Positions 61,433 through 64,000 of a DNA stretch of 64,000 bases are shown piece after piece (position 1 is the first letter of the stretch; each line of letters starts with the position of its first letter). The notes beneath the pieces were generated by a model, which saw nothing but the letters and a program-made list of their open reading frames with translations, ran no database searches and was not told the origin of the DNA. The translations under genes and the position numbers were made by a program. Source of the stretch: Anolis carolinensis (Eukaryota); the NCBI RefSeq assembly GCF_035594765.1, contig NC_085844.1:92767923-92831922 (forward strand), written 5' to 3'.

Positions 61433-62335
61433 TAATAATAATAATAACAATAATAATAATAATACTTTATTCTTCTATCCTGCCACCATCTCCCCGGGGC
61501 GGCTAACATGGGGCAGAGCCCAACACAGAAACAAGAATAACAAAACACATATCAATGACTAAAAACAATAGTACAACAATCAAGTAAAATAATCAGTTAA
61601 AAACATACCATATAGTAAAACATAAAATGACCAAGCAAGTTAAGGCAATAATATCAACATCACCACTATGGATAAAAGGGTCGAACTCAAGAATGCATAG
61701 TTCCAAGGGCTTTTGATAAAGTGCATTGACAAGTGTCAGGGAGGCAGTTGAGATAATGTGGGGTAGGATAAATAGGAAGGAAAATAAAGTGCTGGATAAT
61801 ATGCATAAGTTATAGGGGACTGTCAAATTGGTGGTTATTTAAACACATGCTGGCAGTGCCATGTCTTCAGCTGTTTGATAAAGACAGACAGGGTTGGGGC
61901 CAGTCTAATCTCCCTACGAAGGGAGTTCCAGAGCTGAGGGGCCACTACAGAGAAGGCCCTCTTCCTCGTTCCAGCAAGCCATGCCTGCGATAGTGACGGG
62001 AATGGGAGGAGGGCCTTCCTTGAAGATCCAAGAGATTGTGCAGGTTCATAGGGGGAAAGGTGGTCGCAAAGGTAAACGGGTCCCAAACCGTTTAGGGCTT
62101 TATAGGAAATTACCTGCACCTTGAATTGGGACCGGAAAATGACCAGCAGCCAGTGGAGCTCCTTGAACAGAGGAGTTGATCGCTTCCTGTAAGTTGCTCC
62201 AGTTAGTAGTCTGGCTGCCGATCGTTGAATAAGTTCTAGTTTCCAGGCCATCTTCAAGGGCAGCCCCACGTAGAGTGCATTGCAATTAATTTATCCTGGA
62301 GGTAACTAAGGCATGGACCACCATGGCCAAGTCAG
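61433..62335 (-). mobile_element. L2 LINE 3' fragment
   Basis: LPLKMAWKLELIQRSAARLLTG...LHWL...YKALNGLGP...RAFSVVAPQLWNSL; (AAT)n tail at about 61433-61463. Confidence 0.88.
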
Positions 62336-64000
62336 GTAGGTAACAATTCAAAACAATGACTTGCATCTCAAACTAATCACTGCCTCTTTGCTTTGAAGTA
62401 GACTGTAATTATCCACATTATTTTCACTATGAAGTTGGACTTGTTTTCATTTGATCTCACTTTCACAGCAATGCAAATCATTGGCAACTACTTTTCACTG
62501 TATGTGTCTGATAACAGAAAATGGTAATGTTCATTAACTTTATTTTACTGAAAGAAATTGGTTATTTTAAAGAGCTCTTACAAACAAGAGTTTGTACGAT
62601 GTCTTAATACCATTTAAGTTTCAATGTGGCAGTAAGCTTTGTTCCACAAACTAAAAATAGCTGTAATTGTGCCCCACCCCCCAAAATGGGCTTCTTCGAT
62701 GCAATGTTTGTGTTACTCTTTCCTTGCGCAGTACAGATATTCATTTGTAAATTTTAACAACACGCAACTAGTGATAAAAAGAGTGTTTGAACTTGCGATT
62801 TTGAGCCAGGAGGTGGCGTGCTCTCTTGCAACAAACAGTAATATTGCTTTTTCTAAGTAATGAGGTGAAAAAACTGCTGCTAATCCAGGCCATGCACCCT
62901 AATAAAAATGAGGTGTCTTGATTATTTGCATTTTTCAAAAGATGCATCCAGAAAAAAGGAATAAAGGTCTACTCGTATCTTGTCCCATATCATCTACCAA
63001 TAAAATGTGCAAACGGGCACACGTGTTGGCACTAATAGCAGAGCTATATAGAAGGAAGATTTTCATTTTCTGAATTACAAATTATTGCAAGAGTAAGCTG
63101 AACCCACACATCAATGTGGGATAGGGGAAACACTTCTTTAACCAGAGAGAACACCTCTTTAAGAATCTGCGTTGTTCAGGGCCACTCTACGGCCAACTGT
63201 TGACAGAAGTTAGCCATAGAGTCACCTTGAAGGACCTAGAGAGAAAACATTGATCAAATAAAAAAAAAGTTAGCCTTGCAAATGTGTAGGTCTGGCTGAA
63301 TATTATCTTCCAGACTGGTCTTCCAAGGCCTTGCATATTTTAATATTAAAGCCCTTTCATTTTCCTGGAATCTTCTAACTGTGCTTAACGTGCTTTATTT
63401 TATCTGCTTGAAAATGTTGTTTTTATATGTATTTAATTTTGTTTATTATTTGTTCTTTGGGCTTGGCCCCGTGTTAGCTACCCTGAGTCCCTACGGGGAG
63501 ATGGTCGCAGGATAGAAAAATAAAGTATGATTATTATTATTATTAGCTGTAGTGTAAACATTTTAGGAAATGGGTAAAGAAAACCCCATAGGAGATTTGT
63601 ATTGTGAACTAATAATATCAAAGAGGTTTAAAGAAAAATATTGCTGAAGAGCTTAGATTGAAAATATTGATTTAATTCATAACCTCTTATGAAAGAAATG
63701 CAAAGAAAATTCTTTTTCTGCTTGAATTGTACAAAAGTGTAGAGCTTGTCTGTCCCTTTTTATGTTACAACCACAAGTATCTTTCTTTGGTTCTTTTCTT
63801 AAGAAATCACAAATAAAGGTTGAAGACAAAAACTTTTATTGAATTCGTAAGACCACTTTGTATGTCTAATACAGTACTTACGTTTTTTTTAAAAATGGAC
63901 TTTACTAAAAAGTGATTTGCATTATCACTGTACATTTTACACAAAATTAATGCCACACATAAACATGAAGGTCATTTCCCAGGTCTCAAGGACACTACTG

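Overview
Eukaryotic (vertebrate) genomic DNA from a squamate reptile, most probably an Anolis lizard (Sauria SINEs, Bov-B/RTE, CR1, L2, DIRS and many MITEs). It carries the STXBP3-FNDC7-PRPF38B-HENMT1 block: coding exon 1 and CpG-island promoter of STXBP3 (- strand), complete FNDC7 (+, 13 coding exons, 829 aa), complete PRPF38B (-, 6 coding exons, 553 aa) and the complete coding region of the piRNA 2'-O-methyltransferase HENMT1 (+, 6 coding exons, 386 aa). Exons were assembled by hand with GT-AG junctions and consistent phases. Main points of interest: FNDC7 appears inverted relative to the mammalian arrangement (from recall) and has an extra ninth FN3 exon; a dense Sp/KLF-like degenerate repeat array fills the STXBP3 promoter; palindromic MITEs cluster around the PRPF38B promoter; and HENMT1 carries nested and inverted MITEs, a TIR-bracketed DIRS RT fragment and an antisense L2 right after the stop codon. 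No CRISPR, rRNA or tRNA genes were seen, and I found no convincing wholly new biological system. Comparisons with human proteins and gene order rely on memory, not a search.
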